From NCBI GenBank assembly GCA_043228905.1, contig JBHGNT010000015.1, forward strand, positions 19,034,001 through 19,098,000: 64,000 nucleotides of DNA, in the 5' to 3' direction. The translations under genes and the position numbers were made by a program. Shown piece by piece: positions 13,000-28,000 of the stretch (the first letter of the stretch is position 1; each line of letters begins with the position of its first letter). The notes under the pieces were generated by a model. The model was not told the DNA's origin. It did not search any database and was given only the letters and a program-made list of their open reading frames with translations. The stretch comes from Azolla caroliniana (taxonomy: Eukaryota; Plantae; Polypodiophyta).

Positions 13000-14244
13000 T
13001 TAGCATATCAACGGATCCAAAACAATGGAATGTGGGACCTTGTCTCACCTCCATTGCAAATGAATCCATTGAATGCTGATAGATGTACATTGTAAAGTAC
13101 AACTCCAATTACTTCATCACGATGTAGAGCCTCACGTTGTTCTAGCTAGTCTCAACTAGATAACCTAGAACCAATATTTGCCAGGCCAAGACAATGTCTA
13201 CTCTATTGTTGGTACACACCACTTTACATATTGGAAGGAGTTGGAGTATAAAAATTTGTCAACCGCACTGAGATTTGCATTTTGTGGACAGAAACTAGTC
13301 ATGGGAAAATGTAGCATTTGTTTGATCATGACAAATGATTGTCACATAAAAATTAAAAATGTATATTATGTGTTGTAATAGCTATGACCAATGGGTTGAC
13401 TACACAATTCATGGACAATGAGGACACTAGCAACAAAACCAAGGTATACAATAGAACATATTGGCAAATTCATCATGGAAACTTAGTAGGAACAATGTAG
13501 GGATCCAAGGAGTTGCAAATTTTAACTCAACATTGTTAGTTGCAAATGGCTAAACCAAGAAGTGTGATGCTCATAAAACCCCAATTATATTCAAATCTTG
13601 ATTGGTGGCTCATGGATTTTCCCAAATCCCTTGAATAAACTATCATGAGTCTTTCTCGCCTATATTGAGGATCACGTCTCTTCATCTATTGCTTGTAATA
13701 TCATTCTACCTCAACTTCTAAATGCACCATAGAGATATCAGAACACCATTTCTTTATGGAGATTTAGAAAAGCGCATCTACATGGAACAACCCAAAATGG
13801 TGGAAGATGTCAAGCAACCTAACTATGAATGCAAGTTAAACAAGCCATTGTTTGGCTTAAAACAATTCTTGGCAAGAGAATGATATTCCAAACTACATAA
13901 GTTCTTGCTAAATCCCAAGTCCAAACTTATATGTGAGAAAGACAAAACCAAAATTGATCATTTTAGGAGTGTATGTAGATGACTTGCACATAGCAAGTAC
14001 GTCTAAAAAGGAGATACGAGAGGTGATCAAGGAGCTACAACATCACTTCCCAATCAAACATCTTGGACTATTGGAGAATTTTCTTGGAACATATGTACAA
14101 AGGAATCAGAGCCTAGGGACACTATCACTATCTCGAGCAAAGTACCTCAATAACATCATGGATAAATTTGGCATTGCAGAACATTACCCAACATCCACAT
14201 CACTCATAGTACCATGTACATTATCATCTCGGAACGATGATTAA
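13000..14244 (+). pseudogene. Degenerate Ty1/copia reverse-transcriptase remnant
   Basis: Fragments WDLVSPP (~13032), FLYGDLEKRIYMEQPK (~13750), CKLNKPLFGLKQ and LGVYVDDL (ORF 13933-14244), interrupted by stops and frameshifts. No LTRs seen. Confidence 0.75.
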
Positions 14245-17200
14245 ATTGTTTTTTCGGCTTAATTGAATCAAGAAGCTTTATTTCTATGAAGAACAAGTAC
14301 ACCTCTAAAACAAGGTTGACTATTAACGAACTGTGGTAGTTAAATGGTTGTCAAATAAGAAATTTTATAATCTCCATAGATCCTTGGTTCATTGAAGACA
14401 TTGAAAAGTCTTTCTTTCTTTCTCTATGGCTCATTTTCGTGAAAATATATTTTCATATGAATTGATATATTGGTATTCTATGTTCATGAAATTGGTGTAC
14501 ACCACATCACTACATTCATAGTTTAGACATTTTTATATTAAATACTATTATTTGATGATGATATTCAACCTTAATTCCGGTAGAATGTTGCATTGGAAAG
14601 CCCCTCCTCAACTAAAGAGAAAGGCATCTAATATTATGGAAATGAGCTCATATATATTTATGACAAATAATGAGGTTGGAAGTCATGGTATTTACAATCT
14701 ACCATTTTTTATAGCAATCACCACATTTGAGGAACTCCAATGCTTCCAAGTCATTTGAAGGAGACATCCACATACTAAGGGATACTTTAGCACACACCAT
14801 TCCAAAGAGTGGCCTCTTATAACTCTTTAATTGGATAGTCTAACTCATAAAAAAATTTGAGCCTTTTCACTCAAAAAGTATGTTCTACATGCTTTTCACT
14901 CAAAAAGTCCTCTCTTCTCAAAGTACAATACTTGCTTGAAAACATTACGTACATGGCCACATACTTGTGGGACTTGGCGCAACTCAAAGAATCAACCTTG
15001 TATTCTAGCGTAGCCATGTGTATAACATCCCATTCTTAGTTCCAACATGACGGACATTCAAACCCCCTCTTCTTAGCTAATCTTAACATTATTGGGAATA
15101 TCTAGAGAACTTAGGATGGGAATAATTAACCTTTACAAATGTCTTGAAATAAGGATTGCCATCTTTCACAAAAGGGGACTACTCTTCTAAAGTATTCCTC
15201 AATGATTGATACCTTATCAATCAATACATAAAGGGAAGTGTCCAACTTGGGTGCACAAAAGTTAATGCCACACAAGTATTGTGTGATCTTCGAGTAGCAT
15301 ACATACTATGTATAGGTTGGATTAGCTATCCCCTTCGTTATGACATCTTGAGATGCTACGAAGACCACATTGGTGAGGCTAAGCTCTTCTTTTTGAATCC
15401 GTTATTCAACAACAACGGGAGTACTCTTCAAGAGTTACAACCTCCAGTCCCAACATTTAAGATTAAGACAAAAGATTTGGGCAAATTAAGCTAATAATAA
15501 GGCTCATAACTAATAAGACCTTAAGACGTCAAGAGAGTTTAAACTCTAGCTCAAGTTTACTAATTGTTTAAGAAGAGATTAAAACATTAATAAAAGTCTC
15601 CTTTATTTCCTAAATAATGCCTTTGGCACTTTTGCATTATGCCACAAGTCTTTCTGTTCCTTTCTCCCTTTCCTGAGCACTACATTGTTTCCACCTCGTG
15701 GCAAACGGATACACACAAACACATAAGATCAACTAGACTTCATGCATTGTTTCCATCTAAATTGTATTGTTAGTAGTCATGCATTACAAATCAAACTAAT
15801 GATGAGCAAAAAGAATAAGATATCATGGAGAAGTGAATTAAGGGTACTTAACCACACCAGAGCAAAGGATATGAGATAAACATAAAGTGTCATTGGTGTC
15901 CAATAAGTCCAAGATATCAAGCATTGGTTCCATAAAGAAATGATGTGTGAACGTTGCATCTAAGATCCTCTTGGCTTAGAGAGCTCATAAACGAAGCACA
16001 ACGTTGTCCGGTTTGAAGTCAATCTCAATGTGGTTACCCAAGCTCGACACCTCACACAAAAGTTACAACAACACAATAAATGAGGTTTAAGTTTTGATAA
16101 GCGGTCGCAAAAACAAAGAACATCTCATTCTAATTATAGCTCCACAAGTCCCCATTTGTAATTGATGTTGTACCCGAGAAGCAATGCCAAAACGATGTCC
16201 TAACTGAACCTAAAGAGTTTCCCTTAATACCCATAAAGCAAGCAACATATCCAAACCCCAAGGCTCAGTTCTCTAGATCAAGGAATTTATGGCGTTATTG
16301 CAGGAAGAAAAACATGCACAACGTATTGGTGACAAGAAAATATTAGGATGGAACTGTCATTCTGATTGAAACACACTAAAAGGTTATATGGAGCCCTCAC
16401 AACAATTTGTAGGATGCACACAAAAGCCAACAACTAATGAAAGTTTAACAACTTTGATGTAGCCAACAATGCTTGATCAATATGACAAAGTCAATATACC
16501 CCTCCTAGAACAAATCCTATCCTCAAAGGTTATAGTTTTGCTTCAAGAAGTGTGTAGAATGGTTGGACAACATAGTGCAACTTACCACATACTAAAATTC
16601 GTGCTTGACAAACATTCTTGCCACAATATCTCAAGATAAATTCTTGGCCTTGCTATGATGTGTTATGGACTTCCCACGTACATGTAAGTACATGCTGTAG
16701 AATTTTCCCAATATGGGCACATGCCACTAGCTTCACACTTTGGGTTATGCTTCAATGTTCATGGAATGGTTGTTGAAGAACCATATAAGGTCAAGAAGCT
16801 ATTTGGAATGTACAAAAAACTCACTACAACCATGCAAGGTTGGCTTACGGGGAGCCACAAGTTTAGGCTTCCCTTGCATAGTCGCGTAGACCACACTGCT
16901 AAAAAGAAAAATAAGTGAAAACTACCACTATTGTAGGTACCTAATTAAGTTATCCTTTCGACGACCTAAGATATGAAATGAACTTGTTGATAAAGAGAAC
17001 ATTGTAAATTACATTAGAGCAATCTAGCAAGAATCAAAGACTCTCATGAATTGTTAAAGATGGTTCAAGGCAACAATGAGTGTTGGTTTCCGGAATCAAT
17101 ACCATTGGAAACCCATACGCGAAAAACTTGATCCTTACAATGTGGTTCACAATCCACAATGTGCAACCCTGTCAACATAACCTCATAAAATAATTGCATA

Positions 17201-18242
17201 AGTCAGTGATTAAGACTCTTACCTTGCCCAACAAGAAGACAATAGTACAATCATGTCAACTTTCTTGGATACATAAAACCAAACAACAATTGGCCACATG
17301 CCCAAATGTTTTTAGTTCCGTAACGTATACTCGGACTTCCATGTACAAAATGCCAAATTCTTCAACATGCTCAATGTTGAGGTCAAGCTATTTCAAAGGC
17401 AACACTAAGTAGTGGACGCAAAAATTGATATGAGAAGAAATCCATATGTGAACTAGTCAATCCCTACAATGTACAAGTCAACACATAGACCACAATTCCC
17501 AACCCAATCAACACAACTTGGTGGGTGGATAAGACTTTGACCTACGCAAAAAAGAAGATCACATACTCATTTTCAGTTTCCTAGAGACAAAACTAGCCTA
17601 CAAATTTAAACAAATGGAGACCCACAACATATACATATACATTTAGGATTTTTTTATATTACACATAGTCCACGACTTCCCATTTTAACATAAATAACAA
17701 ATAAATGAATAATAAATTAGATTAAGAAATAACTAATCATAATTATAATTTATAATATATACGTGTATACACAATTAACAATAACAACATTGCTAATAAT
17801 AACCATAAAGTACAACAAATATAATTAGTATATAAAAAAATGTGATAATAAAAAATTATAAACAAATAAAATTTGAAGGTCTATATGCATTTATAAGGAG
17901 TCTTAAATATACAACAAACAAAATCTGTCTCCATGTGACTCAATCGAATCACCAACCACATGTGACTCAATTGAACCACAAACCCCATGTGACTCGATTG
18001 AGTCACCCAATACATGTTATAGAATAATAATGTATAATCAATAAAAATATATAATAGGTCATGAATTTGGTGCTAGGTGTGAGGGGCAATGCTCTTGATA
18101 ATGCATGTTTATGATTATGAATTGAAACTAGTGGTTCACCCTCATCAACAAACAGGTGACAAAGTTGGAAACATACTACAGGCATTTCCCGGAAAACAAT
18201 AAATAGTAATAATATTGAAGTAAATACATAAATAAAAGAATA

Positions 18243-18296
<54 letters not shown>

Positions 18297-18491
18297 TTTA
18301 TAACCTAACCTAATCCAATAAATTAAATAAAAAATGACTTTTGATAGGCTTCATGATGTTTATCATGCTTTCTGTTAGAACAAAAAACAAAAGAAAATGT
18401 TATTTGCCAAAACATACATTTGCTCTGGCAAAGAGCTCTTGCAATAAATCTAAAAGGGTACTCTAGCAAAGCCTAAACGATTAATTACACA

Positions 18492-18835
18492 TAGGGATCG
18501 ACAACGGCTCGGCTCAAGCCTAGACCGTTTGGCTAAAGCGGCTTAGGCTTGAGCCTGCATTAACGGTTTGAGCTCGGCTCGGCTTGGCTTGAGCCTCCCA
18601 AACTGGCTCAAACTGGCTAAGCCATTTTAGTGATTTAATTGTAATAAAATTATGAAGTTCAATATAAATTGTAATAAAATTATGGTATGAAGTTGAATAT
18701 TCATTGTAATAGTAGTGTTGTTTTCTCCCAAACCGGTTTAGGGATCAATTTGGTTTGGTTTGGTTTGGGTTTGAAAACCCCTAAACGGTTTAGTCTTAAC
18801 CGGCTAAGCCTAAACCGAACCGTTGCCAATCCCTA
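18492..18835. mobile_element. Non-autonomous hAT element (MITE, 344 bp) related to the 41177-45010 element
   Basis: Ends TAGGGATCGACAACGG...CCGTTGCCAATCCCTA. Perfect 8-bp TSD attacaca at 18484-18491 and 18836-18843. Subterminal ggctc/aaccg repeats match the large element, in opposite orientation. Confidence 0.9.
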
Positions 18836-20372
18836 ATTACACATACATGTTCTAGCAAAGAACCAATGCACACATCTACCGGATGACGACAAATTACAAG
18901 ACCTAGATAACAACATTGACATCAACACAACCTACTAACAATAATATTAATCACATAATAATAGCATTACTCATGTTTTGACAACAAATCCACACCTCCT
19001 TAGTCATCACCTTCTTCTTTGTCTCCACATCATTACTTCTCCATGCAACCCATAGTGATTAATATATAAATATGAGTTGTCTTATAAACACCATATCTCA
19101 CCCTTCACACCCTCTACACTAGTGGACCCACCCTCAGTGTGTTCAAACATATCATCTTCTTAGCCACCACGCACCAAATTATCGCGCCATCATCGATGCT
19201 AACAAGAAGGTTGACTAACAACAACAATGAAGGCAAACATTATCAAAGATGTTGACTACTGACATCACAAAACCACATATTCCCACACCAACTTCCTCAC
19301 AATGACAACATCACCACAATCTCTCATTGATATTATCATACTAAACGCATATTTGACACTGAATATTCAATCTGAATGTTAAAAATAACACTAATTACAA
19401 TATCCAACAACCACTGCCATCATGACAACAATAAAAAAAACATAGCATTGATTAAGGTGAGTGGCCATTAACAAACTTGTTTAATGATGAAGAAACCACA
19501 CAATAGCCTTTTGCTTGTAAAGTTGTATGCCAAGTTCTAACTTTGTACGATCAAGGGGTTCAATCAAGCATCACGCAAGTTCCTTCAGACTAACGTCACA
19601 CTCTAGAACATTGACTAGATCTTCTTGCCCTTCAATGACTCTAATGAACCACCACATAAGAACCCAATCCCTGAAAATACTTGGCACGGCCCTCCATTAT
19701 ATCTTGTTAGATTAAATGATAACTTGGAAGGAGATGAACACAATATGTAAGAATGGACTAATGGATATTGGAACTTAGTTGGCCCAAAGTTGTACTCATC
19801 ACACTTGCAAGTCAACAATTGTAAAATGATTACAAAAAAAAGCTTGCAAGTCAACAATCTTGCAAACTCCCAATCTTGCAAGTCAACAATTGTAAAATGA
19901 TTACAAAAAAAAGCTAAGTAGAAGGTGAAAGGTAAACTAAAGGTATTTCCTAATTTCCTTATTTGGATCTCCTATGACCTTTCTTCTTTAATTGAGTATC
20001 ATCATCATTCATGACTCTACTCTCATCTAGGCCTTGGAAAGTTGGAAAGGGAGTACAACTTACCACACTTAAGTATCCTCACATGGGCCATTCCAAAGGG
20101 GCATTTCTTTTATTTATCATGCATTGAAATAAAATAAGTCATTGATCATCATTTTTGCTCTACATCCACCCAACCCCTAGTTTCTATTTTCAATGTCTTA
20201 CAAATGTCTACTCACTTGGGCATAGGTGTCTAGATGTGAGCCTAGGAATTAGTTAGCCATCCTCAATAAATTTCCCCAAGTATGGACATGCATCAAGAAC
20301 TAATGTTCTCAAATTCTTTGTATTGTGCTGTAATGGATTAGATAAACACATGCTCCACACATGCTCTCTAGG

Positions 20373-20802
20373 TAGGAGTCAACAATGTTCTGGTCAAGCC
20401 TAAATCAAATCGTTTAACTATTGCTCAACAATTTGATGATTAGCAGTTCAATTCCACACAATTCAAACTTGAAGTTCTTAATTGGATTGGATTCAGTTTG
20501 CTTCGACTGCTTAACCCACCCAAACCAATGCCACTCAAGTCATCTATATATTTTCAACTGATAGAGAGAGAATGAGAGAAACAAAGAAAGAGTATTATTG
20601 AAAGAAAAAGGTACATTTGAGAGAGCGAGAAAGGTACCACATCCCTACACTGTCCAAAAACTATGAGAGAGGAAAATAAAGATACCATTTCAAGAAGCTA
20701 CATAATATTAAACCAGAGATAAATAACCGGTTCAGACCAATCCGATTTGACTTTACCAATGCTAAGACAGTTAAGCCAAAACCAAACTGTTGCCAATTCC
20801 TC
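20373..20802. mobile_element. Old degenerate hAT MITE of the same family
   Basis: Left end taggagtcaacaatgttctggtcaagcc and right end aaccaaactgttgccaattcctc resemble the family TIRs. Flanks tctctagg and tctcaagg form a 7/8 TSD match. Confidence 0.6.
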
Positions 20803-21624
20803 TCTCAAGGTATGTCGACTCACATGTCCTTCAATTCTCAAACATTAACCTCACCTCACATGTTCTCAGATTCTTAGTATTGGGCTATGATGGCCTAGTT
20901 AGACATGTTCCACACATTCTCTCTAGGTCTGTCAACTGTGAGATACTTTACGCAATAAGCCATATCAATCGGCTCAGTTACTAGTACACAACAGGTAAAC
21001 TTTGATTTTCAGGTCTGACAGTGCTTACCATTACAGCTTTGACGCTAACAACATTGATTGCTAGGTCACTAGGTTCATAGAAACTAAGGACCACATCCAA
21101 AAGCTTTTGCAGTCTCAGCTGAAGTAATCCAAATTTGCAACATAGTACTATGAAGCAGACAATGGCCTTTTAATTTATCAACACAAATAGGACATATAGA
21201 GTACATGATGGTGGACATTCTTGTTTCAACACATAGAACACACAGTTCTCTAGATAAGCCTTCCTTTCTCAACATCTATCTTATTAGACAGTATAACCAG
21301 ATGTAGAGGCAACAAATCAATTGTGAAACAACCCAAATTTATCACATCTTGGTATGATTCAAACAATTTCTATTTTGAGTAGATGCCCACGGTGACGAAA
21401 ACAATTCTACAGTTAGAAACAGCCACATGAACATAGCCAAACCCCGTAACAGCACGAGAACTAGTCCATTATGAAGACAGTAAGATTGCCCATCAAAATG
21501 AATAGCATGCATCACTGCTTCATTTGCAGACCCTTGCAGCATAGATATACAAAGAATTCTCTTTTCTGAGCCCTAAAGTACACCTTTAAACAACCTCATA
21601 ATATACATTGTTGGAGCCATAGAA

Positions 21625-22223
21625 TCATGATTTTCCTCTGCCGTACGACAGATACGGATCTCGAGCAGCTGTCAACACATCCGGTCTGTCAACTTGATTA
21701 TATGTCAGACATTTCCTTACGAATTCCTAAAATAGAAAATGGTTTATCAATAACAATCTCATCTCATATAATTAGAGCCAGTTATTTCATTTTCATACAT
21801 CAGAGACATGCATACCTTTGCTTCATTTGAAATCGATGGCTTTGATGGAAACTCTACTTTGTTAGCTTTTATGATTGTATCTTCTCTTAAGATTCGTTCT
21901 TGTGTCTGTCCATGCCCGAAAGGTCTTTTGCCAAACAGCATCTGATAGAAAAGAACTCCAGCTGACCAGACATCCACCTATAGCAAAATCAGAATTCTAC
22001 AATCAGCGATAGAAAGATGAAGGGTTTTAGCAGTGGTGACAGAAAAGGGGTGACCATGAAAAATTGAGAAAAAATAGGCAATGACATAGGACATGAGCAT
22101 TGGAGTAGAAAAAATCTCCAAATTTCAAGGTGATTTTCCCTTATTCAATTATTGATAATTATCAAAATATGTCATGTGAAACTTGTTAATATTCACAGAA
22201 ATTGTTTGCAAAAAAAACACTCC

Positions 22224-22273
<50 letters not shown>

Positions 22274-25048
22274 CCTTAGACGATATCAAAGGAGTCTTGT
22301 TCAACTCAAAACACTCCGGAGGTAAGTACCTGTATTCAAGGTTTCATGAGATACGAAGTCAGCAGAATACATCATCACCAAGAACTTTATAAAATTATAG
22401 TCTCAAACTCTCAAAAGTGTCCTGAAACTTAAAACAAAATACAGTTGAAACCCTAAAAATATCATGGGTCGCCTACAGAAACTCTAAAATTACACAGGGA
22501 GATAGTATACATACGTAAGTTACATATATGTATGCGTTCTTATTTGTAGACGTGTACTTAACAGGATAAAGGGAAAACGGGAAAAAAAGGAACTAAATCC
22601 ACAATGAAAAGTATGAACTTTTATACCAGTAGGTTCCTGCACCTTGTGATGTGAGCTCCATCCCTTGGGAGCCTACCTCCTCTTCCAAAACTTTGCTAAG
22701 CCCAAAATCAGTCATCTTTGCAACTCCAAGGTTATCAAATAGAATATTTCCAGGCTTTAAATCATAGTGAATTATTCTCTGTGACCGGCTATTCAGGTAA
22801 ACAAGGCCTGAAAATAGTTGTATGAGAATGCATTTTGCTTCTCTTTCCGGCAAAACTGGGGTTGCTTTCAAAACTGCATCAAGGTCTTTCCCTGCGTACA
22901 CTATATCTTTCAGAAACCATCAAATCTAAAGCTTTAAGTTCAAAACTATAAACCACACAAGTGCATCTTAAAGAAACTATACTTCAGAAAGAGAAACTTC
23001 CATGGTGAATAAGATTTTACAATCAATCACATTTCATCTATAATGTATGAAACAAAAGGAAAGCTAAGAAGGCAGACCTAAAAGAAGCATATTTGACTCA
23101 AAAAGTGGATAGGTATAGTGTGACAATGTAACAGACTATTTTAAAAGACTTAATGAACTAATGGATACAAACTAATGAGCTTAGTATCAATAAGCACTTA
23201 ATAACACCCTCATGGATATGTTCATTTAGAGTTGCTATTTCGCGATGCTCCCAAAGGGCATTCCTATTAAGAAGCTTCTCTTTTGTAAGGGCACAAAGTT
23301 CTTACATGCCACATTCATTAAAACCGAAGGAAAAGAAAAAGAAGAGACATAGAACTCCTGTCCTGTACACATCATTTTGCATCTGAGAACTCAGCTCATG
23401 AAATAGGAGATCATCAATTTCGTCATACAAAGCCTCCACAAATGTTCTTCAGCCATACTTATGCCATTGGTTCCCCAGTGCAGGTGTAGGCTTATACATG
23501 CAAATGATTTGTTTGAGTAAAGCACCAGACGAGTTCTTATTCTTATGGAATCCATTATGAGAGAATTAAGGTATATCGTTCATAGCAAAAGATTCTTATA
23601 TAGGCACCTCTATGTTACCTCTACACCAACATACAGTGCCCATAGCACACAAAGATATTATTCTCTTTTTAATTGAATTATGTTATTGAAACAGCAAGCC
23701 ATACCACTACAATACTCCAGCACGGTACAAAATGTGTTGTGATCAATTTCAAAGATATCCCAGAGTCGCACAATGTGAGGATGGACAAGTGTCTTATGAA
23801 TATTGTATTCTCGAATTGCATGTCTGATGTAGCTCTGTTTCTTCTCTTCACTCCACTGCATATTGAGGCTATGAAGCTTGCAAGCCACATATCTGTACTC
23901 GACCAAGTCATATGCCTGTTTTCACATCTTCACTATATTAAGACAAGTATACCACATCATCATATATCTGTACTATTATTAGAACTAGTATTTATCTGCA
24001 GAATTTGGTCATTCTATACCTTATAGACTTCACTAAACCCACCCTTTCCTAGAAGATTTAGTAAAGCATATCGTTTATTGAGAATGGGAAAACTGTTAAA
24101 TTTTGAGCCATCCTCATCCTTGATACGCCTCATTTCACGAAGATGTTGTGCTCTATCTAGTTCAAGACGATCTCGTTCCCTGAGTGTTGTTTCTTCCTCC
24201 TGTTATAACACAGCCTTCATTACTAAATCACCTTAAATCTCTAACACAAACAGATGTAACTTGGGATACTAACTCGCTTGATACTAAGAAGACGTGATCT
24301 CAACATCTCCTCCTGCACCAAAACATCTTCATCCATCATTGCAGGATCGCCTTCACTAAGTTCGGTCTTATCTGAAAAAAACAGGTTTCCATTCATTATT
24401 GCCAAGCATGGAAGAATATCTGCAAAGATAAATGCTATTATTCTGCAAATGAAGAACCAAATTTCTACTTTGGAACCAGAGAGCCTAATATTTAAGAAAT
24501 CAACCTCAATATCTCCAAAAATCTGGCTTTAGGTTTTTTCACAATCTCCATACCATGACAGTGTAAACATATACTAATTTAGGGTGTCCACTGCAAAGCA
24601 AATTTCAAGCATGGTGTAAGTTCTCTACTGACCAGCAGCTAATCAATGTCTTTACCTGGTTTTCCCTTCCTTAATAGCTTCCGATGCTTCTCTAATGCTT
24701 CCCGCTGCTCCAAAATGGACCTCTGTCCAAAAACGGAAAAGGGAGGGCAAGCCCAACACTAACTTTAGGGATGAATAAGAGCGGATAAAGGGATGAAATA
24801 CTCAACCTGCATAAATTCTCAACTGTACATTCTAACAAGTCTATAAGATCACTTCTAGCTAATTATCTCCACACAAGAAGACTAAAGGTAGAGAAAAAAT
24901 TAAAAATAAAAGTTCCAAGGAGCTTTTTTGAGAAACAATTATTTTTTGTTTACTCTTCGTTATGAAATCAGCTGAGAGTGAACAAGATATAGCTCACTTC
25001 CAGATGGCCAACTTCAGAGGATGCATCTCATAAAAATGGATCCTAAAG

Positions 25049-25089
<41 letters not shown>

Positions 25090-28000
25090 TACATACACAC
25101 GCACATATATAAAGAAATTTTACAACACCACAAAGTCAATAAAAATGAACCAAAACCAATAATCAATTCTGGTAAGAGAGTGCACCTTGAAAATGAAACC
25201 AAACAATGTTCGAGAATTTGGTGTGTAAGTAATAACAGAGAAGGTAGATGCATAAACATTAGGTGAGACAACTAAGTCTTCCTTGTCTTTCTCTGCTCAA
25301 CCACAACTCTTCATATGGAAAAAAGGATAAAAAAATCTAAAGAATAGAAGGATGGCTGCAAAGAATGTCTAAGGTGAAAGAATACAAACTTGATCCAACC
25401 CCATAATTGCACCATACACAAAAATTGGGTAGATGTACAATAATTATGTATACAAACTAAGCCTTCCTTCTCTTTCTCTGCTCAACTGCTAATCTTCGTA
25501 TGGAAGAAAGGATAAAAAAAAAATCTAAAGAAGAGAAGGATGACTGCAAAGAATGTCATGTTGAAAGCACACAAACTTAACTCAAGCCCCACAAATATAT
25601 GTGTGTGTGTGTGTGCATACAGATTAAACATATATATATACATACACTTTACTATATTTAATCAGGAACACAGCTCAGGGACACAAATATATATGACGTA
25701 CATAGTAGGAAGCAACTTTTGTGAGCATTAGGGTCTGCTGCCCTAAGTCATCGTTAGTGTTACATTATGAATGTCCACAACACTAAAATGGCTTGTAATC
25801 TTTACAAATACAGGAGCTTACAACAGGTATGACCATATAATGCAGCCAATACTTCTGCATTCACAAATTTTGCAAGAGGCCTTTGCTAATATGAAGTCCA
25901 TGGGCTATCATCTCTAATAGTGATGGCTAATGGGTCTTTTCTCACCCAGTTGATGTGGAATCTCAAACCTCGAGATTTCAAAAAATCGGCAGTTCCTCCT
26001 CCAGGATGGAGGAAGGCCTGAAAGAGCAGGCCTTTTGTACTTTTATCACACATTAGCACCATGTTTTCCATATTTTAGTTAGCATCTTTGGATAGATATC
26101 ATACCCATTACTTGTACACTTTTAGTGGCTAGATGAAGAATGTTCACCTAGGAACATATCTCATGTGACGCATAGGAACTTTTGATTCTACACGATCTCC
26201 ACATTAATAGTTCAGTCAGCCTTTGTCGCAGGAGAAAATAAATATTTCAATACTGTAGGTATCTATTAAATTTTACACAGAATTTTATATGCGCTATGAT
26301 TCTCTATTTGCAAAAATTAAAATTGTCCATTCTATGAATTGTAGAACGAACTATTGTCACTTTTAAATCCTAAATCTTCTCTAAGAACACAGAACATGAT
26401 AAATATCATGCATAAAATTTTGATCTTGTTCTAAACATCACCAATAAAACCATAAAGATAAAGTCTGAAATTCAAAAAGAAACATACCAGCTGCATTTGA
26501 ATATCTTTAAAAGCTTGTCCATCTTCCCAGCCTTCTGAAATAACTGTTCCTGCCCTGCCATGACGTCATAAAATATTATTGACTAGTTATTGAGGAGTAC
26601 TCAATAGTGTCCAAAGTGTAGAATAAATTGAAATGAATGCGAACTCCCAGTCAATTTTTTTTGGATAGTGATCCTTCATTTTTCTTGGATAGTGATCATG
26701 TGTGCATAATATGCAGATGTACATCATTAGTATCTAGGTCACAAGATTCCTGAAGGTTAAATCATAAGCACCTTACAACACTAACATTGCCCAGGCGTAT
26801 AAGATTATGCCGCATTCTCATCCTTGCCTCTTGGCGTTCACTGTTAGCCACTGCAACTAGAAGTTCTGACATGGACTTCATGTGCTATAAGGGAAAAGAA
26901 AATTCAATCGAGACATATCAAGGAGAAGAAAATAACTTTAATGGTATTGAATACACAAGTACAATACCTTTTGGTGTTTCTGTTGCTCTTGTTCCCTGAT
27001 ATCATTAAGTTGCTGCCACACAGATAAACCAATTATCAAGCTCATTCCAACATTTAAGACAGAAAGCATACACACCATCTGCAAATCCTTGTATTTGTTG
27101 GTTGACTATAGAAAATACCAACTACATAACCAGAAACTACCTTCTCCAATTGTTTATTGCTTTGCTGGCAATCTGAGAATTCCTGGCTAACTCTTTGAAG
27201 TGCTTCTTCCAAGGAGTTAGACTTAGCCCTCAGCGATTCTAACTCCTGCTCATTTCCAAAAGAAAACAATAAAATCCATGGATTTTGATCATATATAGGT
27301 TATGTCATCTTTTCCATCAATTGAAAATATTCCATTGTTCGCACACAATTTAACCTTTAAATATCCATTTCTAAAATATACCAGCAGGCAGAGATCCGTA
27401 TAATTAGCATAATTCTATATTGCCATAATTACCTAATAGACACTAACATATACTGAGAGTAGTAATTGGACAAACAATAAAATTCATGGGCAAAAACATA
27501 CATATGATATGACAATTTTTACTCTATTTGACATAAGGTGATTGGATGGTTTATTGAAACCAGATAGAAGATCCTATGTCATATGTATTATTCATGCCAA
27601 GCGGAAATAGTATGGGACATAAACATTTCAATCAAAATGTTACAAAACATACTTCCATGCCTATCAGATTACAAATTTTGTCTCAAAATACCATAATTTC
27701 AACCTCACTTCCAGATGAAACCCTTACTGCAACCTATTTGAAATCTGTGATTTGAAAACTGATTTAGCCTGCTTTCTTGAAAGCCTATTTCCCTTTTCTC
27801 TCTAGAACTTATGATCTTCCCTCCCATGACCCTTAAATCAATGGGTTTCCATGCCAAGGCTAAAAGAGGCAAAATAAGAGGAGAGCATTTAGTTGGCCAG
27901 ATTATTGAGGTTATATTGACTTTTCTGATCTGCTACGAGGTTGCATTAATCTTCAGCAAATCTTATAGAAAGACTAAAAGAAACTCATACCAGAAAAAAA

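Noticed and set aside
14500-17600. Possible further decayed retroelement or transposase sequence
   Set aside because: The composition suggests old TE debris, but I could not recover a diagnostic motif or boundaries by eye.
25886-26071. 61-aa ORF inside a TSL intron
   Set aside because: Short, with no recognisable similarity or convincing splice context, and not needed for the TSL frame.
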